NCBI RefSeq assembly: GCF_036588685.1 | Contig: NC_086373.1 | Coordinates: forward strand, 16,926,001 to 16,990,000 | DNA: 64,000 nucleotides | Origin: Mytilus trossulus | Lineage: Eukaryota | Reading direction: 5' to 3' | Shown here: piece after piece, positions 13,401 through 27,300 of the stretch | Position numbering within the stretch: position 1 is the stretch's first letter | Layout: each line of letters begins with the position of its first letter | Made by a program: the position numbers and the translations under genes | The notes under the pieces: generated by a model | Databases searched by the model: none | What the model saw: the letters and a program-made list of their open reading frames with translations, nothing else | Told to the model about the DNA's origin: nothing

Positions 13401-16400
13401 TCCGCCATTCGCCCCAAAGCAGATTGCCTTCTTTCGACCATCTTTGCTCTTTCGAATTTCGCAGACTGTTTGTGTGCATTTAATACCACTTGTAGGAAGA
13501 ATATCAGCTTCCAGCAATAAGTTTATAAGACTACTTTTTCCTGATGTTGCTTCACCTAAAAATGATGACGCATAATTAATGGAATTCATTTGTCAAATAT
13601 GAACTGCTTACCTTTACCAGTTAAGCACGCTACATGCAAACAGGGTGTTTAGTATGTTTGACACGGTGAAATTTTCGAGGCGCAGAACAAACGATCAAAG
13701 TAAGTACTAGTTTAGAATATTATTGTAAGTACCATTTACTAGCTGATCAAGTTTCTGTGTATTTTATTACACGAATTCATTTTGTCGTTTTTAAAGTTAA
13801 CAACAATACATTGCATACCCAATACATCCAGAGAGTACAGATAAGACATAATTGTAAAAAAAAAAAGACACAATACAATGATGACACAAACTATGAGTCA
13901 TCATATGACCTGAAATCTACTGATTTGTGCTAAAGTAATAATTATTAAGAAAAACAATCAGCAGCTAAATGAAGTCACGTACTGGACAAGCACATAAAGA
14001 TATGGCGATTTTAAACTAAACCCATTCCTTGGCAAAAAAGCTGCTGTACAATAACAAAATAAATCAGAGTGCGAATCATTTCACATACAACATGAACATG
14101 TAACTTACGATCAATTTTAGTCGTACGATTTTTTGTGAAAAGACCCCTTGGTACTTAACAAAAATATGTACTAAACGATTAAAGATAAAGAATCGATGTG
14201 TACCTACTTCAGTGATTACAAGTAAGTTCACAGCCCAATTTGAACTACCAATTTTACCATTTTTTTTTAAAGATTAGACAAACCAACGAATCAGCACATA
14301 TTCAGCAGATTTAGTTGAAAACGTCATGGTAAGCTCCAGATTGAAGACCTCGTGAAAATGACAAAATTAAGGTATCGAGATGATCATGATGATGTTAGAT
14401 TGTGAGAGCTGTACATATTTAGAAAAGTATTCAAATATGGAAAATTGTATCATTGTTCAAACCAACAAAAAACAAAACTTTACGACAAAAGAGATGATGC
14501 CAGCTTTCCAATTGTGAACTTTCTATTTCTAAGTAGCAACATTCCAGCTGCACCTGTATACGGGGTATATATCTCCCAATTGATACGATATTCCCGTGCT
14601 TCCATTCCCTATCATGATTTTCTTGATAGAGGTTACTGCTCACAAGGAAGCTATAAAACCAAGAGTTCCAAATGGTGCAGTTGAAATCATCCCTTAGTTA
14701 ATTTTACAAACGCCATCACGAGTTGGTTGACCGTTATGGAATAACCGTTTCACAAATGATATTTACATGATAAACCTTGACCGGTAGTGAACTATATTCT
14801 TACACGCAAGGATAAGGCGTGCTAAGAACTATAAAAACCGGATTTTGCGGATAACGAAACGAATTTAAACAGATCTAAAAAGATTCCAAGAGGTAATTTC
14901 GCATACACGAAAAACACATTCAAACGTTTTAGAATATTGTATTTCATTTACCTGTATTTATTATTATTAATAATAATAATCTCTGATACTTTTAAAAGTT
15001 GTTAAGTCATTATTTAATATCCAGAATTCAAAGATATTGTTTTTAAATTAAAGATTGGCAACAATCTTTACACTGGTTGCAGCAGAAGAGTACACAGGAG
15101 GAGAAAAGAACAGAAGAGGACACAGAAGAAGCAAAGAACAGAAGAGGACAAAAAGATACAAACCAATAATAGTGAAGTGGTTGGAAAAAGAAGACGTAGA
15201 AAATTCTAAAAAACATTTATTTATATTGAAAAGACATATAACTAGACATTTGTTGATATTTAGATGATTGTATATTGTTTTGTATGCCGTTGGTACAATT
15301 TTATCATTATTTATACGTGTCATAGATCGTGGTAGGTTATTCCAATTTTCTTAATTTTAATATTCTATTGAGACAGCAGGTGCTTGTTTAAATTTTCCTT
15401 GATTGTATACATTGATTTAATGTTTCGTAGTTATTTAAATTTCGAGACGAAATTCTATTTTGACGAAAGGCAGTGTTGTGAACGTTAAATATCGCGGCAG
15501 TACCTTTTAGTAAACGTAACGTCGTTCCCGGCAAATTTGACAGTTGCCGATTTAACGTTACGAAATTCCGCCAACATGTGGCGTTCGAATAATAACATCT
15601 TTCTAGCTTGTTATGAATCCTACATTTCTTTAGTTACTTGTATTTACATGCTTTATATTGTTGAATCGGTATCGGGACCTATGCCATCGTGCTTGCTTTC
15701 TTTTTAATTCATATTTCTGTACGTACTGACAGTTGTTTACATGATAAACCTTGACCGGTAGCGAACTATATTCTTACACGCAAGGATATTGGGTGCTAAG
15801 AACTATAAAAATTCTTACAAGCAGGATCTGCTTACCCTTCCGGAGCACCTGAGATCATCCCTAGTTTTTGGTGGGGTTCGTGTTGTTTATTCTTTGGTTT
15901 TCTATGTTGTGATATGTGTACTATTGCTTGTCTGTTTGTCTTTTTCATTTTTAGCTACGGCGTCGTCAGTTTGTTTTAGATTTATGAGTTTGACTGTCCC
16001 TTTGGTATCTTTCGTCCCCCTTTTACTGCATAGGTTAACTAACAGCATTCAAGTTATTTTTTTGCAACACTATGGTTTGGTGTTTTCTGTCTCTATTTTA
16101 TTCAAAAGACGATTATGTGTTCATGGTGCTGTTGCGTTGTATTTTTTGAACGAAACAATAAAATTCTACTGTAATTTATGATAACATAATAGTGTTATTG
16201 ATTTGTATTGTGTTGTAGTTATTTCATCTTTTATATAGTTAAGTTTAAATACATTTTAAATGTCAAAATGGGACCGAATTAGGACTTTTTAAGAATTATT
16301 TGTATGGGTTCAAGATTTTGTCAAGTACATTAAATCTCGTTTGAAGTTTTGTTTGTTGTAAAGTATGACTATATTTATTCTTACCAGGTGTGCATATTGT

Positions 16401-18590
16401 GCAATGTGGCGTAAATACTTAAAATTGATTTTTTTACGACCTAATTTATTTCAATCCAATTACATTGTCGAAGGGCATGAACACTTAGGAGTTGTATAGT
16501 ATGAAGATTGGAAGAATTTTAATAAAATCATAATGCGAATAAATCTTTAACCATTTATAATTAAAATTAATGGTATACAAATACGATTCAGTTTTCGAAC
16601 AATAATATTAAGATATGAAACAACTAATTATACATGTAGAACATCTTTGAAGGTGTAAAAATGGTAATACTTTATTTTATTACAGTTAAGCATTACCTTG
16701 CCAGATGGCATATTGACTAATTACTATATGGGTAGGTCTGCTGCATTTCAATAATAAAGAGAGTTTCAGGAAATGTAAATACATCTCTAATCATAAAACA
16801 TCTTTAAATAAATGATATACAACACTGAATCGGTTCATAAATGATTGAAAAACAATAGTTACCTGCAACAAGAATGTAACATTCAGGTGATAATAACTCT
16901 GAACGCTTGAACTTTGATGTTTTTTCAACATCTGGAAATATGCTGTTCAAGTTTTGTTGGAAGTTGACTGGCAGATCTTTATAAAAGTTTAAAACTTTGT
17001 CGTATAGTTTCATTAATTTCTCTGTATTTCCCCTGTGGTATAGCAAGTCTTGATGCAAAACTATTCCTCCCTGAAAATTTGATGAAATAAATGAGTTTAT
17101 CAATGAATCAACTATAAAGCGCGTTATTCAAATTACTATATGGGTTCTATGCATATGGATATAAATATTCAGTGGTTGCTAGGGAATTTAACTGATTTGA
17201 AATATTCTTTAGTGTCTGATCAAAAATTTGATGCAGCATGAGTAAGTAAAGAATGTCGCATCCTTTTTTCTAAAAAAAAAAAGAGAAATTCATCGGAAGG
17301 TACCAAGACCTTGTTGATAAATATTCCGTATCAACTTCACGAATAATACACGATGGTCTTGGAGTATAAAATCTGGGAACTGACCTTGTTTATCATCTCA
17401 ATAACCCGTTATAGTATACTTAAATTTGTCTTTAACTGTTTGAACTGTTTTGGCGATATTCATTTGACATGGATCTGTACTGATACATTCCGTAATTGTG
17501 TTATTGTTCTATGATAATATTTGTATCCTTGTCTTTCTTTTTTGAAAATATTCTTTGTCTATTTGCCATTTTTGTTTCTGTCCTATATATTGCCTGGTTT
17601 TGGACTCACAGAACAAAGAGGAAATCACTAATGCGCATCCTTATCATAATATGTAGATGACTATATTATTTCATGAATTGACGGGTTTGGCGGACTTATT
17701 TAGATTTACCTTCGTCAGGAAAGACCAAACCCAAACATTTTTAAGGAAACGAATGCATATGTAGGGAAAACGTAGGACTATATTACCAGATATCACATCA
17801 AAAGATGATTGTGGACGATTCAGGCACCTTAGGATATACAGGACAAATACTACCCTTTTCACGACGTAAACAAAATTTCGTGTTATTATTTAAGCTTCCA
17901 TTCATGTAGTTTAGTTGAAAAATTATCATATAATAAATTATATGCTGCAATTCCTAATAGTGAACTGTACTATCTACCTGCCTGGCTAAAGGACAATTAT
18001 CAATTGCAACTTTTTTTTCAAAGTCGATAAGCATTTGATTAATAAAAGGTGTTGATGAATATAGTCATTTGGATTAATAATATGCTGATGCGTTGCAAAT
18101 TCAAAAAATATGAGGAACGAAAACGCAAGCATATCCCACGTTGTCTTCGTGTTCTGCATTTTTAGAAAAAAAATACGAGAGTTGTCATTGTTTTGGTGAA
18201 CCTATTCATAACCATTATAACCGTCTACTTTATGGGATTTATCCTCAGAACTGATCATGCCTCGTCAATCAAAATGAATATATTTGTGATTCATGAAGTT
18301 GAAGAAGTGTTAAAACCTCGATTCCAAGTTGCCTTCAAGTCTCTTTTATGTGATGCTAAATAAATTAATGGATTTGATCAACATTCTACAATTTAATCAC
18401 TCACCCCGCCTCCACCAGGATGTTGATGTTTCTTGTCCCATTCAATCAACAACACTTTAATAATCTCATCCTTTACATCCATTCCTTTAATATTTATTCC
18501 CCACGATCTTGCACATTTCAACCCTGCAGATTCATCAGGAATACGGATAATATCGTCTCGACATTCAATTGTATACTCCTTAGAAGACAT
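5566..18590 (-). CDS. Gene B: dynamin-like GTPase + helical stalk + protein kinase (DSTYK-like architecture), 988 aa, intact
   Basis: Exons 18590-18405, 17070-16863, 13555-13269, 12324-12187, 11641-11444, 10540-10425, 9513-9065, 7911-7221, 6910-6622, 5970-5566. All are GT-AG with consistent phases and total 2967 nt. GTPase motifs: G1 GEATSGKS, G3 DTPG, G4 NKWD. Kinase motifs: GSGAFA, VALK, HRDMKLEN, DVG, YMAPE, DIYALG. Confidence 0.88.
9747..9990. mobile_element. Decayed inverted-repeat element (MITE-like) in B intron 6
   Basis: TTTACAGCGGAATGC...TTAGCTGAAC..GAAGGCATTATT at the left; AATAATGACTTC..GTTCAGCTAG...GCATTCTGCTGTAAA at the right. Confidence 0.55.
10634..10800 (+). mobile_element. 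Short RT fragment (YIDD region) of the same Penelope-like family
   Basis: aagaagaaagatcagaagttagcaatatcc...tat ata gat gat gtt (YIDDV); matches the RKKDK.AIS motif in the 20.4-kb remnant. Confidence 0.55.
12963..13006 (+). ncRNA. Degenerate minimal hammerhead motif
   Basis: gcgtca ctgatga gtcttttatagac gaaa agcgca tc ttgcgt. A more decayed copy lies at ~12105-12147. Confidence 0.6.
14470..14762 (+). mobile_element. Penelope-like RT C-terminal fragment
   Basis: KTKLYDKRDDASFPIVNFLFLSSNIPAAPVYGVYISQLIRY; related to the reverse complement of ~20110-20320. Confidence 0.7.
14762..15811 (+). repeat. ~75-bp direct repeats (14762-14837 and 15736-15811) bounding a ~0.9-kb insert in B intron 2
   Basis: TTTACATGATAAACCTTGACCGGTAG.GAACTATATTCTTACACGCAAGGATA...GCTAAGAACTATAAAAA occurs twice; the segment is missing from gene A intron 2 (~220-240). 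Confidence 0.6.
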
Positions 18591-20039
18591 TTTTATATAA
18601 TGTCGCTTAACGTCTAGAAATCTTCAATCTTGTATTCTTTAATTACTCAGAATGTTCCGATTCAGCAAGAGAATGCTAGTGATAATAGAAAATTATATTT
18701 TACATCCTTGTAAATGCTTCAATGAAGGTAAGTCAGAACGACAATTGTCCAATCGTTTATTACAGCTTTGGAATTTAAATCAATGTGGTATAGATATGTC
18801 ATTAACATAATTACCATTTGTTAGAATTACAAAGAACCACACAATGAGACCTCCAAACATTATTTTAAACAATTACTTTAGTGACTTGTTCTGTTGGGTT
18901 GGTAGAATAGAATATTCAATAAAAGAGGATCTGTGAGGGCTCAATGTAGTAGACTACGATTTTTTTAAGCAAACAAGATAAATTATAAACTACAGTATGA
19001 TGAAACAATGGATGCGTTTTGACTTTTCTTCCTGTGCTTTTCAATTTTATAAACTCCTCAACGTTATTTTAGATTTACGATTTTAAAATATTTTGTTTCT
19101 AGAATAACTTAAGAGACATCAAGTGTATCACATTTAATATAGGTCTGAACGATTACTGAAAGACTTAACCAAACCTAATTATTTACAGTTCATTCTTAAA
19201 AGAGATAACCAGATCAAAATGAACGTTTCATTGCAAAATCAGTGTTCTACTGGTTTATTAACCATCGTTTCTATTAACATGTGAAGATATTTTGAGACCG
19301 AAATTGGGATACATGTTAATAGATTCATAATTTCAAAGCATTTGCATTTTATTTTAAGGAAAAAAACATTAGGAAAAAAGTGATTTGTCTCTTCATTCGT
19401 CCACAATCTGTAAGTATATATTATATATACAGCAAGATTAAGTAAATTAGAATAATAGGATATAATAAAGAAAATTACAAAACAGAAAAAAGGGGTATAC
19501 CCATTTGCATTTCTTTCATCTGGCATGAATTAATCCGGATTCTGTGGTGGTATTAAGGAAATCATCCCCGCCGCTACATGTCTAGTCCATCATATGACAT
19601 ACTTAGCAAATTGGGACTGAACAAACTAGAAGAAGAGTTACGAAAGCACCCTCTTGGAAAATACCACGGCTGAGACGGTAAATTTTCTTAGAGTAAATTA
19701 CGTATTTGAAGTTTATATCTTAAACTTTTTGGTATGTGTTGTTCATGATAACATCAGTGTTTGGTAATTGTCGCATGTATAATTACAAGAGGATTAACCA
19801 CTTTGTAAAATAGGGTATGCATGATACCAAAGGGACAGTCAAGCTCATAGATCGAAAAAAAAAACTGAAAACGTTATGGCTAAAAATGAAAAAAGACAAA
19901 CAGACAAATAATAGCACACTTGACACAGCATAGAAAACCTAAGGACTAAGCAAAAAAACTGGGGGTGGTCGAAAGTGCTCTTGATGGGTAAGCAGAACTT
20001 GCTCCACATATAGCACACAGCACACGTCGTGTTGCTCAT

Positions 20040-22050
20040 GTTATTACAAACTCGGTAAATAGTCTAATAGGTCATATTCATGAAAAGGGAAGGGGATTGC
20101 AGTTACGGCGTAAGGAACATATCCGATATCATCTGTAAAACGATTATTCCATAACGGTCAAAACCAACTCGTGACGGCGTCCGTAAAATTTACGAAGGGA
20201 TAATTTCAACTGCACCATTTTGAAACTCTTGGTTTAATAGCTTCCTTGTGAGCAGCAATCCTCTATCAAGGAAATGAGGATTTGAAATACAAGCACGGGA
20301 ATATCATATCAATTGGGAGACATAGTCACAACATTTTAAATTATTAAGTGCGAGAACATCATCTATAAAGCGGAAGTAAAGTTAAAGGATATTGCTATCT
20401 TATCTTTCTTCCTAAGAAGTTGCTGTATGAAGTCAGCCTCGTAATAATAAAGAAACAAGTCGTTAAGAAGAGGGGCACGATTGGTTCCCATTGAAATGCC
20501 GACAGTCTGTTGAAAAACACGTCCTCCAAACGTAACAAATATGTTGTCAATCAAGTAATCAAGCATCTTTAAAATGTCAGTTTCAGAGAATTTTTTTTAT
20601 CCTTTGCATAATTGGGATTTATCCCTTCCAAAGACAAGAAACTTGTTTCTTCTTTGGCCATTCTTTCTTGTGAAATAAAGCAGTACCAACTCGTTCAATT
20701 TGAATTTTAGTTTGGAATGTGAAATACTTGTGTAAAGTGTAAAAAAGTTAAATATTTTAATACTGTTGCAAGATAAAAGAGTCTTAGATTGTATGTACCC
20801 TAAAAGATCTCTTGATTTTTTAAGTATTCACAACTGATTCACGCCACTGCTAGAAAAGGCAGTTTCACAATAACTTTGAAGCCCGGCTTTGATTGATGAT
20901 AAAATAGATGTTAATAATTTAGAAAGAGGTTTTGTGGTGCGCTTGGAGCACAGCAATATACTGTTGTTTGTAAGGACAGTGTTGTTTAGGTATCCAATAC
21001 AGAGATGGAAGGTCCAGTTCTTCATCTTTGGTTGAAATCCCAAAGGAACAAAGAACAAACCTATGGTTATCCAGGATTTCCTCTTTGGTACGTGTCGTAA
21101 GGTATATTTTGAGTTTCCAAGTGAATTATCAATACCTAATTCATTTTTAAAGCAGTTGATTTAATGAGTTCTGCAAACAAAAACGATGTTGTTTGGGGAT
21201 TAATCTGCGGAGACAACCTATATTTCATAGAGGTAGGACAAGTGATTTGTAACATTTGGGTCTTTAAGGATTGACGAAGCATGGGTTTTGATAGACCCAT
21301 TCTGTTTCTTAATTCAGATTTGCATCAACGACAATACAGCATTAACCCGTTCGGAAAAGTATCTACGTCTTCCTTTTCGCGACTAGTCCATTGCCTGGCA
21401 TAGTCCTCGACTGAAGTTATCAGTATTTTGAAGTTGTATTTCCAATTGATGGATTAAGGCTCACGGTATTTCGGACCATTGGATAACACATTTCGCAGGT
21501 GAAATGATATTGACATTGTTGAGGTCACCGGTAAAAACGTGACCAGCCGGATTATATGGGAACTAGCACAAGTGCAATCAGGAGGATTCAGAAAAACGTG
21601 TTTGTAATTGAACATTTTTATTGATATTGGTTTGGTATAGGTATAAAAAACGATTGGTACAGATTGATCTTTGAAATAAGGAGGTATTTTCGACTGAACT
21701 AATTTAAGATGAAGGATATTGCCTAAGTTGACGCCATCAAGACCGTTGTTGATTGGAAAGATTAAGAAAAAGTCTTATCTCGTTTTTATCTTTTCCAGTG
21801 ACTTGCAATATCCGAAATGATAGCTGTAAGTTTTGATTGGTTTGAATGAGGGTTTGTAACAGTGGTTTCCAAGCATAAATTGAACAGAGAATGAAAGTTT
21901 GAAAGGGGTAATGAATAAAGTTTTGAGCGAATGTGATGAATAACTAACGGCTTTTGCATAAATGGAAGAAAGTCATTAATAAAGACATCATGAAGAGTTG
22001 GTGATACATAATGACGATGACCATGACTGTGTCTACGTCAAGGTAGAGTT
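20040..22050 (-). mobile_element. Decayed Penelope-like retroelement (reverse transcriptase remnant)
   Basis: Translated pieces LIDNIFVTFGGRVFQQTVGISMGTNRAPLLNDLFLYYYE and TTKPLSKLLTSILSSIKAGLQSYC, broken by stops and frameshifts. Absent from the duplicated block near 3.9-4.06 kb. Confidence 0.75.
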
Positions 22051-24396
22051 GAAAAAATAAAGGCAACAGTAGTATACCGCTGTTCAAAACTCGTAAATCG
22101 ATGGACAAAAAACAAAATTTGGGTTACAAACTAAAACTGAGGGAAACGCATTAAATATATTTCATAACATTCATCACATTCACCGAGCTACACGAAGGAC
22201 TAGACCCTTCAGTTTTTCCAATATTTCCGTTTGATTTTTTCAAGATGATGCCCACACTTCTGTTGTTTCTATAGCGATTGGTGGTGTAATGGGCTGCACG
22301 ACGCTGGACCATTTTAACCCTTTTAACCTTTTATTGTATAGGTACAACACTGTTGCACATTATTATAAGTTGGATATGACCATTGTAACATGTGAGTTTT
22401 CTTGGTTACTCTATTGAACTGTCAAATTGGCATATGTTTAAAGAGAATTTTTGTAGAATTAATTCATCGCATATTTAGCTGGTTATACTGCATTGTTTTC
22501 ACACGCTATACAATAGAAATAGCACTGATGATTTCGTGCAATGTTCTGGATATGTCATTATTATGAATGTGCAGCCTTAACATTCGAAAGTCAGAAATGA
22601 ATTTTAAAATACGTAGACACGTTAGAATGTATATGACTAAAAGAAACTCCAAAAGAGTAGCTCAACTTTGACTGGGTAAGTTTAACCTTAGTTTTTAAAA
22701 AGTTTCTTAATTTTTTAACGAGATTAGAATGAGTGTTAATGTTATAAATCTTGTCACTACCAAGCACTGACCACATATTTATTGAGACCATTGATGACAA
22801 AATATCCGTCAACCACGGTATTAACTCAGGGTAAGTAAAAGAAAATAAGACTTTATAAGTATCGTGTCTCTGACGCGCTTTTCTAGATTTAGGTTTCATA
22901 CCGAGTAAGAATTAGATATCGCTTGATATCAACATGAATTATTTGGGTAAACAACTGTGCCTTTGCCGAGTTTATTATTATTGGTGAACCTTAAGAATGA
23001 AATGAATCGTTTTCTAGATCTTGTTCTTTTTTTAACCAATAATTGTACTAAATTAATATCACATGGTTGACACAAAATGCGCCGGATATATCTGGTCAAG
23101 TATTCTCTTTTTGTCGACTTGTTCCTTTCTTTAGTCAAGCTAAGTTACCGGTATGCGTCTCATGAAGAATTCACATGACTCAGCTTTCTCTTATAACTTT
23201 ACATTTCGCTGCATATCAGTTTTGCAATGTCAAAACTGCAGTGTCTTGCTATTTAGATCCCAGATATAACATCGAAGTTGACATACATGATACTGTATAC
23301 GACTTATCTTTTACTTGTTTGTAATTGGCTACCAGTAACAAGGATTTTACACAAGCAAATATGCATTTTCATATCCAAACTTGACTTACACGGTAGTAAA
23401 GAATGTTTAAGTATTCAAATTGAATATATAATTTCATCAAAACACAAGGTTTAAATTTGTAAAACAACGTTATAAAAGTCAAAACGGGTAGTCTTTTATC
23501 GCAGCTGACCTCACCAAGTGAAACAAACTTATGTATGATCGGAGCATTTACGAGCTTAATAATTAATTATATACCAGTTCCCCTAAGTGAATTGTCTGTA
23601 ATTATGTAGCGAAACTACACTCAGTATCTGCAGATTTGGGCCAAAGAAATATCTATCTCTCAATTGGCAATATTAAAGGACCGGAAGTGGGTATTTACAA
23701 CGAAGCTGTTGGTCCGTCACCTTTGCGTTCTTAGCAATTAAGTTGAAGTAATAAAATCAGAAGTTTTACTGATTTTAAAGATTTCATTAGACTTTATAGA
23801 ATAACTCTGTAACAGATACCAACGGATATGTTCTTCGTGTCGGAGATACAATTTCGTCCTCTTTTCTTTCTATATCATTCCATTAATGATTATGATTTAT
23901 CTCTTGCAGCATGGCGGGTATCACTATCTGAGTACTGTACTCCTTGTGTGCACCTAGGCTCATACCTTTGTTTGGGGGTGATTTGATATTGCTCACTTTC
24001 CTGTGTTCAAGTTATGATTTTATTTTTGCCTTTATATTAAGCCATGGTGTTTGTCTTTCTTTGTTGTGTTTTTTTTCAGAATCCTCCTCTTCTTCTGTAT
24101 TTTCTGCTTTTCAGTTTTACAATTATTTTATATAAAGATTTATGTTTTCGACATTTTATATGTCAATAATGAAAGTATTGTTCATATTTATTAATTTCAA
24201 ATCTACATATTATGCATTTCAAAGTGTTTTACTATTTATTTTATCAAAAGTGTCTATGCCCCTTTATATTGAGTTATGTACTGTATCAGCTCGTTAATAG
24301 TGTTTTCCCTTAAGCTATAGCAAACCACATGCCATAGTCACTACCTCTGCAAACAAAAAATAATTCAGAACTAATTGCAATGTTTATATCCTTGTA

Positions 24397-27300
24397 CTAA
24401 TGTCGTAGAAATTTTTCAAAAAATATTTTTATATCTGTAGCTTCGGGTCTCAGATTTTGATCTTTAGCCCAGCATGTTTTTATTAGATTTTGCCAATTTT
24501 CATCTGGTTTATATTTCAATGATAACGATGGTCGCAGTCCTTCGTCCACTACCGCCCTTTCCAGGGAGGTATACAGTTGTTGTTGTATATGATCTGCTGC
24601 ATCGATGCCATACCACATCTCCCAAAGCATTATTCCGAGTGCATAAATATCTGCTCTTCTGTCATAAATTCCTTTCGGAACCAGTACTTCCGGTGCCATA
24701 TACACAGGTGAACCTAGAATTGATCCACCAATGTGATCCTCCCTCTTTGTCAACCCTACATCGGTAAGTTTGACTACGTCATGTCCATCTTTTTTCACCG
24801 TCTACAAGGACGATAGATAATGTAAAGTCAGTAAATGAATATTTGATTGCATTCACAGTTCGATAGAAGTGTATTTTAATGATTGTTAAGATATCTTTGT
24901 TCAAATTGAAATCTTAATATAATGGTTTCCTCTCTTTGTTTAATACATGTGTAATAAAATGTTTCCACTACTAGTATTCACTTTATTTAATTATATAAAT
25001 TTCGTTGAACATTACTTTATTTACTGGCTCATAAATATACTTCAAATCTTAGTACTACTTTTATGGTAAATCTTGATACCATTTGTCGATTGTTGTATCA
25101 GTCACAAAGGTTCAACTACTAGTACTTAGAGCAAAATATGTCCGTACGGTGACCTATAGCTGTTAATGTATGTGTCTTAGTCTTTTGAGGTGAGTTGTCT
25201 CACTAGAAATCATACCACATCTTCTTTTTTATATCCCATTTAGGAAGGCGACAAAATAAATGTTTTGGTCCAATAATTGAGAATGGGTAACCACTTACAT
25301 GAAACAACAAAATATTGCACAGAAAATAAAGGATTGTCCAACATGACCTTCACCAAAACTGGTGATAACAAAAATGAGCTGTTAGTACTATGTGTATTGT
25401 TTAAAATTGCTCTTATATGAGTATTGTCAGTATTTTAAAGATTTCAATAAATTTACCAAAATGTTTTCTAATTTCATATCACGATGAACCATTTTCTTCT
25501 TGTGGAGAAACTCTAGTCCTTCACATATCTGGGCAGCATATCTTGCAAGCTCCTCCATTTGTTCTATCTGTACAGAGTATATCTCCACTTTACCAGGGTT
25601 TTCGTATTCTGGGTTAATAAATTTATTTTTCAGTGTGTCATCGCAGTATTCCATTATCATGATCCAATGAACCATTCTCCTGGTTTTACCGCTCTGTTGT
25701 AATGTGCATCCATAATATTGTATAATATTCGGATGCTGCAGTTCCCTGAAATTAAAATGTGTACATCTGTAACATTTTGTTCTTTTGACAATCGCCGTTG
25801 CTCTCCTTCTTTACGATTTAATTATCATTCATATCGTTTTCTAACAAACGAAAAAATAAAAAAAGCAATATCATATATTCTAATTATTGAAGCGACGATT
25901 CAGTTTTCATAAAGATTCCTTTACGCGAATAGTTATACTTCCCCTATAATGCTTTAAATTTATACAAAACAGAACTGAAATTGACATCAAAACCATATTT
26001 AGATTAAAACAACATCAAACTAATATTGTTTTTATATTGGCTAAGCGACAATACCTTAATGTTCTATCTTCTAATAAAATGTCTGATATAACCTTCTCCG
26101 ACAATGGATCTTTGCAATATTTCAGTGCAACATTTTCATTCTGGTTAGGTAGTTTAAGTTGACCTTTGAACACGTCTGCAAACGCTCCACTTCCTAAAAG
26201 ATCATCTCTGTCCCATTCGACGTCACTTAATCTGTAGTCCATGTCCATGATGTAATAAACGTAAAAGAGATCCAGTTCACCTTGAATTGTGTGACCTGAG
26301 GAAATTAGTTGTGGATACATCTTTCTCATCTTGTCGTCTGTATCTCTAACACTGTGTGTGATTTTTTCAAGAAGCTGACTGTCTGCTTTGAGAAATTCTG
26401 GTATTTTCTTGGCAATTTCGTCCACACCTTTTACCAATTTTCCAAGATAGTTTGAAATTTTGTCTTGTAGTTCATTTCCTTGAAAAAGGGACTCGATAAA
26501 CATCACTGTTGCCTCTGCCATTTTCTTTGTATTGTTATCTTTCTTGTAACCTTTGAATATTTCCCTAAATTTTTTGTTACTTGCTATTACTGAACCGACA
26601 GCCCCTACCGCTCCTCCTAGTCCTCTGACGTCATCATCAGCACCATCTCGTTTTGCTTTTCTCCATAAGGCTTTTACTGGTGCTTGCTTCTTCATTGATT
26701 TGTGGAGGTCGTTTATTATCTTTTTATCCTGCTCTCCCAGAAGAGTACCTTTTTTAAAATGAATGAAAATTTGTTCATTAATATGTATTACTTATACGTT
26801 CATTCATTCATGAGAAAAGTTTTTTTTGAAAAATTAAATCAACTATCGTATCAAATTAGATAGTGTTTACTGAATTTGGAATCTCAACAATTTAAACTTT
26901 TTCTGTGGTTTATCTTTTAATAATTATACAAGCACGATTATTTTCGAACTCGTTCATTGTGTATATTCTATTACGTTTTCAAGAAAATAAGATTATTAAG
27001 GGGTATGTATAACAAAACTAAAAACACAAAATTTTCTTTGATTACTGAAAACCCAAAGACGATAGACATAGTTGAGAGATCTTAGATCTTTTACAGACGT
27101 GAAGTCCCAAATTTCTTATTTTTAATATCATCTGATGTGTATTTGTTCTACTCTAATAATTTGTTTGAAAATCTCGAAACCATCAAAAACAATCTCCGGC
27201 GTACAAGGTTATAAGCCTGGTATCTTTATCAATATATAAAACAAATCGTGACTTTAAAAGAGACTTTACCTTCTATTGTTATGATTTGGTCCTCTAGTAG

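Noticed and set aside
22591-23138. ORFs 22591-22899 and 22929-23138
   Set aside because: They have no recognisable motifs and lie in or next to decayed retroelement and duplicated intergenic DNA.
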